A DNA stretch of 44,527 nt, from assembly GCA_002269645.1 (NCBI GenBank), contig NIVC01002784.1, positions 1 through 44,527 on the forward strand, in the 5' to 3' direction. The translations under genes and the position numbers were made by a program. Shown piece by piece: positions 11,554-24,063 of this stretch (the stretch's first letter is position 1; every line of letters starts with the position of its first letter). The notes beneath the pieces are model-generated. The model saw nothing but the letters and a program-made list of their open reading frames with translations. It was not told where the DNA came from and ran no database searches. Origin of the DNA: Macrostomum lignano (taxonomy: Eukaryota).

Positions 11554-11724
11554 CACAACGTCCAGCGTCAACACGCCCAGGGACCCCATTATCCAGGGGA
11601 AATGGCGCAGAATGAACAAGAAAGAGCTGTCCGTGAGAAAAATCTGAGTCGAGTAGGTGCTGTTGCCGACGAGGGCCAGGATGAACAGCCCGGCGCTCAG
11701 GCCCTCCGTGCTGCGGCGGAGACA
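11554..11724 (-). CDS. SLC66A1: PQLC2/SLC66A1 exon 5
   Basis: CLRRSTEGLSAGLFILALVGNSTY...RHFPWIMGSLGVLTLDVV matches PQLC2 STQGIS...HHLPWLVGSLGVLLLD; CAG acceptor 11727-11725, GTAATT donor 11553. Confidence 0.92.
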
Positions 11725-11769
11725 CTGTGGGTGGCATTGAGTGATTGGCTGGGTTAGCCTGGCTGACAG

Positions 11770-12105
<336 letters not shown>

Positions 12106-12128
12106 GAGAGACACCTTACTTTACTCAC

Positions 12129-12215
12129 ATTCTTAGTCAGCTGGGGGATTCTAGAAGACAGGTAGCAACAGGTAGACAGACAGCCCATAATGTAGCCAAT
12201 CAAATCCATGGTGTC
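12129..12215 (-). CDS. SLC66A1: PQLC2/SLC66A1 exon 4 (second PQ motif SRIPQ)
   Basis: DTMDLIGYIMGCLSTCCYLSSRIPQLTKN; TTTCAG acceptor, GTGAGT donor; 29 codons. Confidence 0.92.
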
Positions 12216-12627
12216 CTGAAAAATATTGCAGAATCGATGTCATATAAACGAACTTCCTCCGTATTTAGTACTAACAGTAGCTGGTAGGTGCGCAGGCAAG
12301 AATTCGCGCGTATATTTTTTAAACAAACATCCGCAGTGCAAGATTTCATATCTATAGCTTGTGCCAAGTTTAGAAATTTTATAATGCTAACGAGCGGTTG
12401 GCAACTAAATCTGTTTAGTAATAAATATTGTTTATCAGAAGATAGAATTCATAAGACAATCTTGTCTTCTGTGTCATTAAAATGTAAGATTTAACTTAAA
12501 AAGCTAATTATTAGTAGGTAAACGGCGAGAGTAACTATCGCTGTGAACAAATGCTTTGATTCCTCGTCACCTTTCAAGCAAGGCTTTTCAATCTGGGTTT
12601 GGTATGATGAGCAAAATTTATCTTCAC

Positions 12628-12871
12628 GGACAGAGCAACTCAGTGACTCTCGCACCACAACCCCTGGTTCGATTCCGTCATAATACAGTCAGGGCCGCTG
12701 TACACCCTGTGAGAGCGAGTGTGTGAGTGCGTGCCTGCGTGCAGTATTGGCGGGCTTGCATGTGCTCAGGAGCCAGCGGAATGGGCAGAATTGCCGTCAG
12801 CGCTGATTGCGGGACAGATATCGCCGAAGACGTTGGGCCAGGGTGCCCGTAGCCTTCCTGGGATTATTTTT
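12628..12871 (+). mobile_element. tRNA-headed SINE-like or Pol III element, copy 2 (antisense in PQLC2 intron 3)
   Basis: GGACAGAGCAACTCAGTGA...CCACAACCCCTGGTTCGATTCC head and AGCGCTG...CCAGGGTG...TTTTT tail shared with 9179-9378. Confidence 0.5.
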
Positions 12872-12929
12872 ATTTGCCGAACAAAAGCTGGTCTTCCATG
12901 GTTTTCTAAGAAACAGGGTCCAAACTAAC

Positions 12930-13185
12930 CACAAACACTGGCTGATAGAACAGCAGTCTCCGCCCGGTGCCAGTGAACGCAGGTCGGGGTGCCGTTTCAA
13001 TGGTTGGCAGCCAGACGGTCGAGGCGGCACCGCAGCTGATCAACCAGACTGTAGCGGCGCAGGCGTACAGAGATGGATATAAAGGAGTAGATGGATTCGA
13101 ACCCGGGGCCTCCTCACTGTCAGCGTTGACGGCGGGTTCATCAGATGAGAGGTCGCCGCCCCTTAGCCGGCTCAGACGGTAGTGC
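12930..13185 (-). CDS. SLC66A1: PQLC2/SLC66A1 exon 3 (cytosolic loop and central helix)
   Basis: CGCAG acceptor 13188-13186, phase 2 in and phase 0 out at GTG|GTTAGT; contains GRRLL as in PQLC2 GRALL. Confidence 0.8.
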
Positions 13186-13211
13186 CTGCGATGAAAATGC
13201 ATTTAGGGCAT

Positions 13212-14558
13212 CTGCATTGGGGCTGAGGGCGATTCTGCACTGGGGCTGAGGGCGATTCTGCATTGGGGCTGAGGGCGATTCTGCACTGGGGCTGAGGGCG
13301 ATTCTGCATTGGGGCTAAGGGCAATTCTGCACTGGGGCTGAGGGCGATTCTGCACTGGGGCTGAGGGCGATTCTGCACTGGGGCTGAGGGCGATTCTGCA
13401 TTGGGGCTGAGGGCGATTCTGCACTGGGGCTGAGGGCGATTCTGCACTGGGGCTGAGGGCGATTCTGCACTGGGGCTGAGGGCGATTCTGCACTGGGGCT
13501 GAGGGCGATTCTGCACTGGGGATGAGGGCGATTCTGCTCTGGGGCTGAGGGCGATTCTGCACTGGGGCTGAGGGCGATTCAGCATTGGGGCTGAGGGCGA
13601 TTCTGCACTGGGGCTGAGGGCGATTCTGCACTGGGGCTGAGGGCGATTCTGCACTGGGGATGAGGGCGATTCTGCACTGGGGCTGAGGGCGATTCTGCAC
13701 TGGGGCTGAGGGCGATTCTGCACTGGGGATGAGGGCGATTCTGCACTGGGGCTGAGGGCGATTCTGCACTGGGGCTGAGGGCGATTCTGCACTGGAGCTG
13801 AGGGCGATTCTGCACTGGGGCTGAGGGCGATTCTGCACTGGGGCTGAGGGTGATTTTGCAATGGGGCCGAGGGCGATTCTGCTCTGGGGCTGAGGGCGAT
13901 TCTGCACTGGGGCTGAGGGCGATTCTGCACTGGGGCTGAGGGCGATTCTGCATTGGGGCTGAGGATGATTTTGCAATGGGGCCGAGGGCGATTCTGCTCT
14001 GGGGCTGAGGGTGATTTTGCAATGGGGCCGAGGGCGATTCTGCATTGGGGCTGAGGGTGATTTTGCAATGGGGCCGAGGGCGATTCTGCATTGGAGCTGA
14101 GGGTGATTTTGCAATGGGGCTGAGGGCGATTCTGCATTGGGGCTGAGGATGATTTTGCAATGGGGCTGAGGGCGATTCAGCATTGGGGCTGAGGGTGATT
14201 TTGCATTGGGGCTGAGGGCGATTCTGCATTGGGGCTGAGAGCGATTTTGCAATGGGGCTGAGGGCGATTCTGCATTGGGGCTGAGAGCGATTTTGCAATG
14301 GGGCTGAGGGCGATTCTGCATTGGGGCTGAGGATGATTTTGTAATGGGGCTGAGGGCGATTCTGCATTGGGGCCGAGGGCGATTCTGCATTGGGGCTGAG
14401 GGTGATTTTGCAATGGGGCTGAGGGTGATTCTGCAATGGGGCTGAGGGTGATTCTGCAATGGGGCTGAGGGTGATTCTGCATTGGGGCTGAGAGCGATTT
14501 TGCAATGGGGCTGAGGGTGATTCTGCATTCGGGCTGGGAGCGATTTTGCAATGGGGCT
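13212..14558. repeat. Intronic minisatellite, 23-bp unit TGGGGCTGAGGGCGATTCTGCA(C/T), about 58 copies, occupying almost all of PQLC2 intron 2
   Basis: Direct reading; a 23-aa periodicity in the ORFs equals 3 units. Confidence 0.97.
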
Positions 14559-14561
14559 TAC

Positions 14562-14762
14562 CTGACATAGGCCAAAATCCATTGAGCTAATAAAATTACA
14601 TCGCAACCTATAGAAAACAAGGCCATATAGGTCTGCAGAGGAAGCTGGTGCGTTAGCTCGCAGCCAATCAGATTTAGCGTGTCGCCAATAGTCCAGAAAA
14701 TTAACAAGTAGATGGACATGGCCTGGTGGGCCAGCCCTGTTTTGCAGTTTGTAACCATTTGC
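14562..14762 (-). CDS. SLC66A1: PQLC2/SLC66A1 exon 2 (first PQ loop)
   Basis: (P)QMVTNCKTG...IGDTLNLIGCELTHQLPLQTY matches PQLC2 PQFIKAYKTG...GDSCNLIGSFLADQLPLQTY; CACAG acceptor, AG|GTAAG donor. Confidence 0.93.
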
Positions 14763-14772
14763 CTGTGGAGTG

Positions 14773-16055
14773 ATGAGATACTGGTGATGCAGGTGGTGGA
14801 GATACTAGCTGGTGATGCGGGTGGGGGAGATACTGGTGATGCAGGTGGCGGAGATACTCGTGATTCGGGTGGGGGAGATACTCGTGATTCGGGTGGGGGA
14901 GATACTGGTGATTCGGGTGGGGGAGATACTGGTGATTCGGGTGGGGGAGATACTGGTGATGCAGTTGGCGGAGATACTGGTGATTCGGTGGGGGAGATAC
15001 TCGTGATTCGGGTGGGGGAGATACTCGTGATTCGGGTGGGGGAGATACTCGTGATTCGGGTGGGGGAGATACTGGTGATTCGGGTGGGGGAGATACTGGT
15101 GATGCAGTTGGCGGAGATACTGGTGATGCGGGTGGGGGAGATACTGGTGATTCGGGTGGGGGAGATACTGGTGATTCGGGTGGGGGAGATACTGGTGATG
15201 CAGGTGGCGGAGATACTCGTGATTCGAGTGGGGGAGATACTCGTGATTCGGGTGGGGGAGATACTCGTGATTCGGGTGGGGGAGATACTGGTGATGCGGG
15301 TGGGGGAGATACTGGTGATGCAGGTGGCGGAGATACTCGTGATTCGGGTGGGGGAGATACTGGTGATGCGGGTGGGGGAGATACTGGTGATGCAGGTGGC
15401 GGAGATACTCGTGATTCGGGTGGGGGAGATACTCGTGATTCGGGTGGGGGAGATACTCGTGATTCGGGTGGGGGAGATACTCGTGATTCGGGTGGGGAGA
15501 TACTCGTGATTCGGGTGGGGGAGATACTGGTGATTCGGGTGGGGAGATACTGGTGATTCGGGTGGGGGAGATACTGGTGATTCGGGTGGGGAGATACTGG
15601 TGATGCAGGTGGCGGAGATACTCGTGATTCGAGTGGGGAGATACTCGTGATTCGGGTGGGGGAGATACTCGTGATTCGGGTGGGGGAGATACTGGTGATG
15701 CGGGTGGGGGAGATACTGGTGATGCAGGTGGCGGAGATACTCGTGATTCGGGTGGGGGAGATACTGGTGATGCGGGTGGGGGAGATACTGGTGATGCAGG
15801 TGGCGGAGATACTCGTGATTCGGGTGGGGGAGATACTCGTGATTCGGGTGGGGGAGATACTGGTGATTCGGGTGGGGGAGATACTGGTGATTCGGTGGGG
15901 GAGATACTGGTGATTCGGATGGGGGAGATACTGGTGATGCGGGTGGGGGAGATACTGGTGATGCGGGTGGGGAGATACTGGTGATGCAGGTGGCGGAGAT
16001 ACTGGTGATTCGGGTGGGGAGATACTGGTGGTGCAGGTGGGGCTGGGATATACTG
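14773..16055. repeat. Intronic minisatellite, 24-bp unit GGGGGAGATACT(G/C)GTGATTCGGGT, about 53 copies, occupying almost all of PQLC2 intron 1
   Basis: Direct reading; an 8-aa periodicity in the ORFs. Confidence 0.97.
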
Positions 16056-16067
16056 GTTAAAACTTAC

Positions 16068-16273
16068 GGCATGCCATTAATAGCCCAGGCAATGATGGAC
16101 ACAATTCCAAAGATAACTGCAGCATAGCGCTGAGCATCAAGTACACATTGATTAAACACAGTGAGTATCCACTGAACTCCATCAATGCAGTTACTATCAG
16201 TAAGATTATACAGTGGCACTATATCAGAGAAGTTGTCAGATGTATCCAAATTAGACCATAGAAACCCAGGCAT
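16068..16273 (-). CDS. SLC66A1: PQLC2/SLC66A1 exon 1
   Basis: ATG at 16273; CIDGVQWILTVFNQCVLD matches PQLC2 CPSGSIQWIWDVLGECAQD; CC|GTAAGT donor. The six exons total 1020 nt (339 aa). Confidence 0.9.
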
Positions 16274-17159
16274 TGTCTCAAAGATAATATTGCAGTGATT
16301 AGGATGTTATGCTGCAATATTTCATTATTGTTTCAATAACTGAGTGAAAAATGCATTTGAAGCTTTAAGGTATAAAAAGCAAAAAATTTAGCTTGCATTC
16401 AAATTCTAGTTTGTAATTAGCTGCTATATAGAGTATTCATGCAATTTTTTTGCTTAAAACACATTCTAGAAAAATATAGTTTTGCAAGTGTTATAAATTA
16501 AATGGTTTAAAAATGATGACAATTTAATATATACATGGAATATACTAGTCAATAAATAAAAATAAACACAAATTATTTTAATTACAAATTATTAAATATT
16601 GGATATACTTTTAAATAAAAAGGTAAGTTTGAGCTTTATTCAAGGATTTCAATAGCAACAAATTAAATTTGGAATTGTTAGAAGATATAAATTATAACAA
16701 AATTAGTTCAAAAATGGTAGTATAGATAAATGAGAAGTTGAATAGAAATGAATAAATGTATAAAACTATTATATCATTAGAAAGATTTGCTGTTTTTCTA
16801 AAGTTACAACTATAGCTATAGTATATTATGGCAACAATGGCAAAATAGATACCTTATATAGTTTAATTATAATGCTGTTATAAATAAAACAGAATTTTAA
16901 AGCTTTGATAACCTAAGCAAGCTAGTGCCCTCTTTGGGGTGGCCAATAAGAAAGAAACAGAAACTATTTATGCAAATCTATAAACCCCACATTTTGTTAA
17001 GAACCAATTCCTTGTTCAGTTTTATAATCACCTTATTTGAGTAAAATTATCACAGACAAAGATGTTTGCTATTAATCTCTTTTTTCTAAAAGTAGCAAAA
17101 GAACATAACAAAATAAAGCCTTCTAAAGATAGCAAGCATTCCCAATTTCACCTATATAG

Positions 17160-17435
17160 TAAGCATCCTCCCAAATAGCAAACATCCCCTAGATAGCAAG
17201 CATCTCCCAGATAGCAAGCATCCTAAATAGCAAGCATCTATATAGCAAGCATCCCTAAATAGTAAACATCCCTAGATATCTAGCATCCCCTAAGCAAAAA
17301 GTACCCCCTTTCCCAAATGCAAGCATCTTCCAATAGTAAACATCCCTTAGATAGCAAGCAACCCCAAGATAGCAAGTGCCTCCCAGATAACAAGCATCTC
17401 TTAGATAACAAGCATTCCTCCTAATAGCAAGCAAA
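17160..17435. repeat. Degenerate about 18-bp repeat (AGATAGCAAGCATCCCC-like)
   Basis: Recurrent TAGCAAGCATC cores. Confidence 0.75.
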
Positions 17436-19601
17436 TCAAATAGATTTATATTTCTTTTTTCTCCCTTTCTCTAGCTTTTAAAGTCAGTTTGCCAATTGTG
17501 CATGAAGTAGTTATGATATAATCAGTTTCTTAGTTGGTCAATATCAGTCTCAATTAAAAAACAAATTGGTTGAACACAATCAAAATCAAATTGCATGCTA
17601 TACTTCGACACTATGCTTTCAATATTGACTATTTAAGTTAGAGTCACTATATTACAATTCAATTGTGATGCAATCTTTATCAAAATAAGATTTAAACCAT
17701 GATACATGTACAAACAATAAAGAGTGAGAGGGAAAAAGGCAGAGAAAAAGAGAGTGGAAAGAGAAAGAGAAAATGGAAAAGACAGAGAGAAAATATAAAG
17801 AAAAGAGAAGGAAAGCAAATACTAGTTTTTTCATTGTGCATAAAAAATCAAAAGACTGAGTGATTGGTACTAAAAATGCTTTAGGAATGGAATGGAATAG
17901 CTAAGTTTTACTATATCTACAAGCCATTAGGTTGCTAATTAAAACCTAAAATTAGAAAAAGCACATAAAATTACAAATATTATCTATTAAGATAGACAAA
18001 TCTTAGAAATTTAGTATATTGTGATAAGCACTCAAACATTAGAAAATCAAAAGTGCTAGGAAAAGGATAATGCATTGTACTCGTATGCCATAGAAATTCA
18101 TTTTCTAAGGGAAAGCATATGCTCTTGATATTGCGAACTCTTACTACCCATATGCATAGGGGTTCAGTTTTAGTTTTTCTTCTTGCATGGGATAATTTAT
18201 TAGTAATTAATAAAATGACTAAGGTTTAAGACCATTTCATTGGCTAAGTTGACAAATCAAACAAAGAAAACTAAAACTAAGTTGAAAAAATGGCAAAATG
18301 CCAGTTGATAGAATGACTAAGGCCCATATTACATTATTACTTAACCTGTAACTAAAAGATAAAAAATAAGCCTCTAAAAAGATATAAAACTCAGATTTAT
18401 AATTTTAAACCTATTTCCTAAAAAAACACACAATAGAAATACAGACTCAAATAAAATCTAGACCCTAGCCCTTAGTAGACCAAGATAGGTCTACTCAAAC
18501 ACATTTTGAATAGGTTTTTATTATTTAATTATTAATTAATAATTTAATAATTTAATTTAAATAATTTAATTAAATAATTTAATTATTAAATATATAAGTT
18601 CTATTATTAATATTATAGAATTAATCAAATTAAATCATTAGATATGGCTATTCTTTTAATTTTTTATATTTTATTGCTAAGGTAATAGGCCTATGCTCAA
18701 CTGGGTTTATTATAGGGCTTATACTATATTTACACTATCTAGAGCTCTAAACAAATAGCCAAATAAGGAATATAAGACAATTTGATAACAGACAATTCTG
18801 TAATAGACAATTTGGTAATAAGTTGAATGCTATTTGTAATTTTTTAATATATTTATATTTAATATACAAGTATAATATACTTTAAATGATGTGATTTAAT
18901 TATCAATTATTTAATTAATCTAGGCCTACCCTGATAGAGATTAGAATAATATTGCATAAGCCTACCTAGAAATTAAGTCATCCTAGAATTAGAAAGCAAA
19001 AATTTTGCTTAAGAGTGCCAAAATGAATACCTGTTATATCAAAATGATTGCTTGTAGTACTAAAATGAATGTCTGCACCTGCGGCACTAAATTGCTAAAA
19101 TGATTTTAGGGTGTAAGACCAAGATGGCCACACACCAAGATGGCCACAGCTGAGGTGGGGGTCACGGAAAATGACAGCTGGTTTACTATTGGATAGCTTC
19201 GGGTGGGGAGATATGGGGTTGCAATGGGGGGGGTTTAGACAGGCAGTCAAAATTTTATTAGCATATTGCAGGGCTAAAGACAAAAATGGTTATGAGTCTT
19301 AATTTCCTACTTATAGTAGGGCCCTAAGAGGTAAAAATGTATTTCGCATTAAACAAATCTCTTCTTCATATAAAATCTGGTGTAGCTTTTTTCCATTTCT
19401 CTTATTTACTTGTTTAAAGGGATAAAAACTGGGTAAATTTCATGCCCTGTTCAAAATTCATTAGACAGCAGTCTAAGCACTTAGATACAAAATGGCTAGA
19501 TTACTAGAGACTAATTTACTTGTTTAAAGGGATAAAAACTGGGTAAATTTCATGCCCTGTTCAAAATTCATTAGACAGCAGTCTAAGCACTTAGATACAA
19601 A

Positions 19602-20345
19602 ATGGCTGCTGCATATCCATGTGTGGTCTGTCTGCAGCCAGTTTGCGATGGACAAGACGCAACTGAGTGTTCTCAATGCTTGAATTGGCAGCACCGTGCA
19701 TGTGATAGTCGCGTCACAATCGATCAGTATTCTGCAATGAGAAATGTCGGTGAGTTTTTCTGGCTTTGCAATCAATGCAATAGACGGGCTCCTGCAGGTA
19801 ACTTAGCAGTGTCTCAAGCTGCAGGTGCTGCAGTGGTACAATGTACAAGCCCCGAATTCTGGACCAGCGGCTGTTCCTCTGCCTGCTGAAAATCCAGAAC
19901 CAGTGCATTTGAGTCTGCACAAGCAGAAAATTTTCTTTACCAGTATCTAGATTTCAATGACCCTGATCCAGCTCTGGAAGAATCCATTCAAATTCCTCCA
20001 GCAGAGCTTGCACCGCCCTGCAGCCCACCTCCCCGGCCCCTTGAGATTCTTACAGGTGCAGGATGCAGTCACGGAAAAGACCTTCTAGTGCAGTATACCC
20101 AACGAGACCTTGGCCATCTGATGGATGAAAAAATGCGGCGAAATGGCAACACGTACTATCGCTGCACTAAGCGTTTATCACTGCATGCACTGTCATGGCT
20201 CTGCAGTCCGCCGTGCTGATGGAACCATAGAAGCCCTTGCTCCGCACACGTGCGATCCAGTAGATTGGCCAGCTCAGAAGAGAAAGGCAGCAAAGGAGGT
20301 AAAGGAGGGAGCAAAGCGCATGTTGTCATCTATCCATGCCACCCG
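19602..20345 (+). pseudogene. Frameshifted transposon ORF: PHD finger (C4HC3) followed by a FLYWCH-like zinc-binding domain; no DDE catalytic domain recognised
   Basis: CVVC-x-CSQC-x-HRAC-x-WLCNQC at 19602-19781; LEILTGAGCSHGKDLLV...NGNTYYRCTKR.../CHGSAVRR...HTCDP at about 20040-20260 across at least two frame changes. Confidence 0.7.
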
Positions 20346-21489
20346 TACCTTATTGCCATATTAGATCATAACGAGTTAAAAAGCCAAAAAATCCGCACTT
20401 ACTTATTTGCTGCACTCAATATAGCCCTGGAGCATATTTAAGAATCACTGTGCACATTTCTTGCCAGATATTACACTTTGTTTTACGCTCAAATTTGGGA
20501 TGGGGGGTTCATTGCGTCGCACTTACAGAGCAAGCAGCCTTTACTTGGGCTAGTCACTGCATGTATGTGTGACTCAGTGCACTTCTGCCTCCGTAATTCA
20601 TCATCATCCCATCATCCCCATCATTATGCATGATATTATATGAGCTACGTATACGAGCTATTAAAATGCAGATATGAGATACCTTTCGCACCCACGTTCG
20701 CAGAACAGGCCTGATGAAAGATTTCATAGAAAAACAATTTATTCATTGCTACAAGCTGTTGTCAATCCGTTGGTATCTAGAAATAATATGAAATATCGTA
20801 AATGGGTGGCAACTGATGCAGTTTTTTATTTTTGATTTCCACTTCTATTCAGTTTACATACGAGCCGTATTCTGTTGTTTAAGTTGAATACAAAAGGTAG
20901 GCGGGGTTGCTGTCAATTCAAGCTTGAATGAGCAGAGTTAATTTATGGTCAAACAGTCCTCACACTGCTCCCCTAGTGGTGGTGATGCCTCATGGATCGT
21001 TACACTCAAGCCAACCCTAGAGCAACATTTTTTTCAATCTTGGCCTATACTGATACGATACGATTGGAAGTCATAAATAGTCTAAATAACTGACTGGCTT
21101 GCGTGGAGATAAAAATCTATCTATATAAAACAGCTCACCTCAAATCAGCCATATCGTTATTTTTCGTTGCAATCTTTTTTCAGTTTTAACATTTTTAGCC
21201 AACTGCTATGGTTGGTAACCATGATAACAATTAGGCTCGTAAATAAATAACTCAATATAGTGTCTTTGCATGCAGCACTTAGCATGAAGCCTCAGATTTA
21301 TTTATGTAAATATCATTTGTACTCTTTATGCACTGCGGCAAATTTGCACAGATATGAGATGCATGTATTTTTCAGTAAGTACTGATACCCAAGAAACGCA
21401 AAGCTTCAATCAAAGTCTGACAATTCTGAAATCTCGTCAAAATAAGCCAAACCTCTAAATACATGTACAGATACAAGTCTGATGCAAAC

Positions 21490-23070
21490 AGAAGAGAGAA
21501 GAGATCAGATAGGAGAGATGAAAGAGGAGAAAGGAGAGATGAGAAAGCAGAGACGAGAAATGAGACAGTAGAGCTAGAACAGAGGAGAGAGGAAAGGGAA
21601 GAGATTATAGAGACGAGTGGAGAGAGAAGAGAAATATGTGAGAGCAGACATGAGAGACAATCTAGGAGCATAGGAGAAAGGAGAATAAAGGGGGAGAATC
21701 GAGAAGACAGGAAGAGAGGGGAAAGGAGAGAAGAGAGATGAGAGGAAATAGAAGAATGGAGAAAGGAGAGAGTAGAAAGGAGAAGAGAGATGGGAGAGCA
21801 GGAGAGATGAGAGATGAGAGGGAGGAGAGAGTAGAGAGGGGAGGTGAAAGAGTAAAGGGAAGAAAGTTGAGAGAAGAGTTGGGAGAGTTGGGAAAAAAGA
21901 GGAGAGATGTTAAAGGAGAGTACAGATGAGAGATGAGAGAGAGGAGATAAGACAGGAAGTAAAAGAAGAGAAGAGAGAGAGAGAAGAGAGAGAGAGGAAA
22001 CGAAAGAGAAGATAGAAGTTTCAAAGGATCCGAGGGACATAGAGAGAGACAGCAGGCCAGAGATTTTGCAGATACATGTTTTCGAAAGACAAGTTTTTGT
22101 TTGAGTATGACTTCAGATTTTAGAACTAGATATAAGCTGAGCTGAGAGAGAAGATGAAAGTAGAGGCTGAGAGTAGAGAGAGGCTGAGAGCAGAGAGGGG
22201 CTAAGAGCAGAGAGGGGCTGAGAGTAGAGAAGGGCTGGGGATAGAGGTTGAGAGTGGATAGAGGCTGAGAGTAGAGAGAGGCTAAGAGTGGAGAGGCTGA
22301 GAATAGAGGTTGAGAGTAGATAGAGGCTGAGAGTGGAGAGGTTGAGAGTAAAGAGGCTAGTTCACGTTGTTCTCAATCCCATTCCACTATACATGTAGTT
22401 TTTATCTAATGTGACTAAGCCAGGTACTTTTAGTGCAGGGGTTGGCAAACTTTTTACCTCAATTGAGAACCCAGCTCATGACTGCCCTTCTAGTGGCCGC
22501 TTCGTTGGCCCCCAAAGCGAAGCGAGGAGTCCTGATGACAGAGTGGGCCAGAGGTGAGGAGAGAGGGTAAGGAATAGAGAAGAGAAATACAAGCATAGGA
22601 TAAAGGAGGGGCGAAGGAATAAAGGAGAAGAGAGTTGATGAGAGGAGAGATTAAATACAAGCAGAGAGAGAGGAGAAGGGAGACTAATGGAGAGGAGAAA
22701 GGAGGAAAGGGAGAAAAGAATGAAGAGGAAAAGGAAGATGAGAGCAAAGAGGTGAGGAGAGAGGAGAGGAGAGAGGAGAGGAGAGAAGTGAGGAGAGGAG
22801 AGAGGAGAGGGCAGAGATGAGAGAGAGAATAGATGAGAGAGAGAGGGCAAGAGATGAGAGGAGAGGGCAGAGATGAGAGAGAGAAAGATGATATGGGAGA
22901 GGGCAGAGATGAGAGAAAAAAGAGAGAAGAGGGCAGACATGAGAGAGAATAGATGAGAGAGGAGAGGGCAAAGATGAGAGAGAGAAAAGATTAGAGACGA
23001 GAAGGCAGAGATGACAGAGAAAAGATAAGAGATGAGAGTGCAGATATGAGAGAAAAGATGAGAGACAAGA
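21490..23070. repeat. Purine-rich (GA/GAG) low-complexity tracts inside the MULE (21490-22050, 22140-22340, 22550-23070)
   Basis: Direct reading; source of the Ser/Leu-rich minus-strand ORFs. Confidence 0.9.
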
Positions 23071-24063
23071 GGGCACTCTAATTTTTGCTTACTTCTATCA
23101 TAACTAATACCTTTACCCTCTACCTTTAACTTTTAACATATACAAACAACATGTCAGTTTTAGTATATTGAGATAGGTTTGAAACTATTATCTATGATAC
23201 AAAAATCAAATGTCTTGTGCTAGTAGTGCTACTAGCTTTAGTAGGTAGTAATACCTGCTGTAAAGGGAAGTGTTTTATGTTTTACTTAGTCTAATTTCAC
23301 TAACAAAATCTGTTTTCTCCGAGACTTGAAGCTAGGTCATACCCCACCCCAATCACAGCCAATAGGAAATGAGGAAATATATAAACCTATTCCTATCCAA
23401 GCAGCCATTCAGAGCTGTGGCCATCTTGGTGTGTGGCCATCTTGGTCATGCGCCGATTTTAGGCCTCAGAGTTCAAAAGTCCTCCCTACTATAAAATATA
23501 TAATGACATCCCCGCTTCTCTCCCTTTCTCTTCTCTCGATTTGGCTTTCTCTTTAAACTTTAGATTTAGGCCTACTCTTTAAACTTTAGATTTTGCAATA
23601 CAAACTATAAAAGATATTTAGACTTTTAGTCCTTCCTAATGCCTAGGGTTTGCTTTCTTTATCTTAGATAAAAGAAAACTCATTTATGTACATGTACATT
23701 CCTAAAAAAAATTGAATCTTACCAAGTATTGCATATCATAAAGATTATAATACATTTTAATGAAAATAATATTGTCAAACAATATCTGTGACTAGACCTA
23801 AAATGTAAAAAAAGTGACAAAATTTGGCCAATTAGACAGGCCATTAATATAAAGTTGGTGTGAAAACATACCAACTGTTTGGTATGTCTTGGTCTGTTGT
23901 ATGTATGTTGGTAGTATGTTGGTCTTGAAATTAAATCTTGTTAACAAATTGTCATTAGAGAAATAAAAATAGTTCTTGAAGAATCATGGCGACGGCCGCA
24001 GCACTAGCTAGGATCTGGGATGATGAACATTAATCTATTAATATAGGCCCCTATTGCTATTAC

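Larger units (their letters stand above)
19110..23454 (+). mobile_element. Mutator-like (MULE) DNA transposon, probably non-autonomous, with about 42-bp TIRs and GATTTTAG target-site duplication
   Basis: 19117-19151 is a perfect 35-bp inverted match to 23413-23447; outer 7 bp GGTGTAA versus GGCGCAT; GATTTTAG at 19102-19109 and 23455-23462; internal PHD and FLYWCH-like coding remnants. Family assignment is inference. Confidence 0.8.

Noticed and set aside
20711-20735. CTGATGA...GAAA resembling a hammerhead ribozyme core
   Set aside because: No convincing stems I-III can be formed around the core.
22436-22455. CAGGGGTTGGCAAACTTTTT, a hAT-like terminal sequence inside the MULE
   Set aside because: No matching opposite end or TSD found in the window; at most a solitary remnant.
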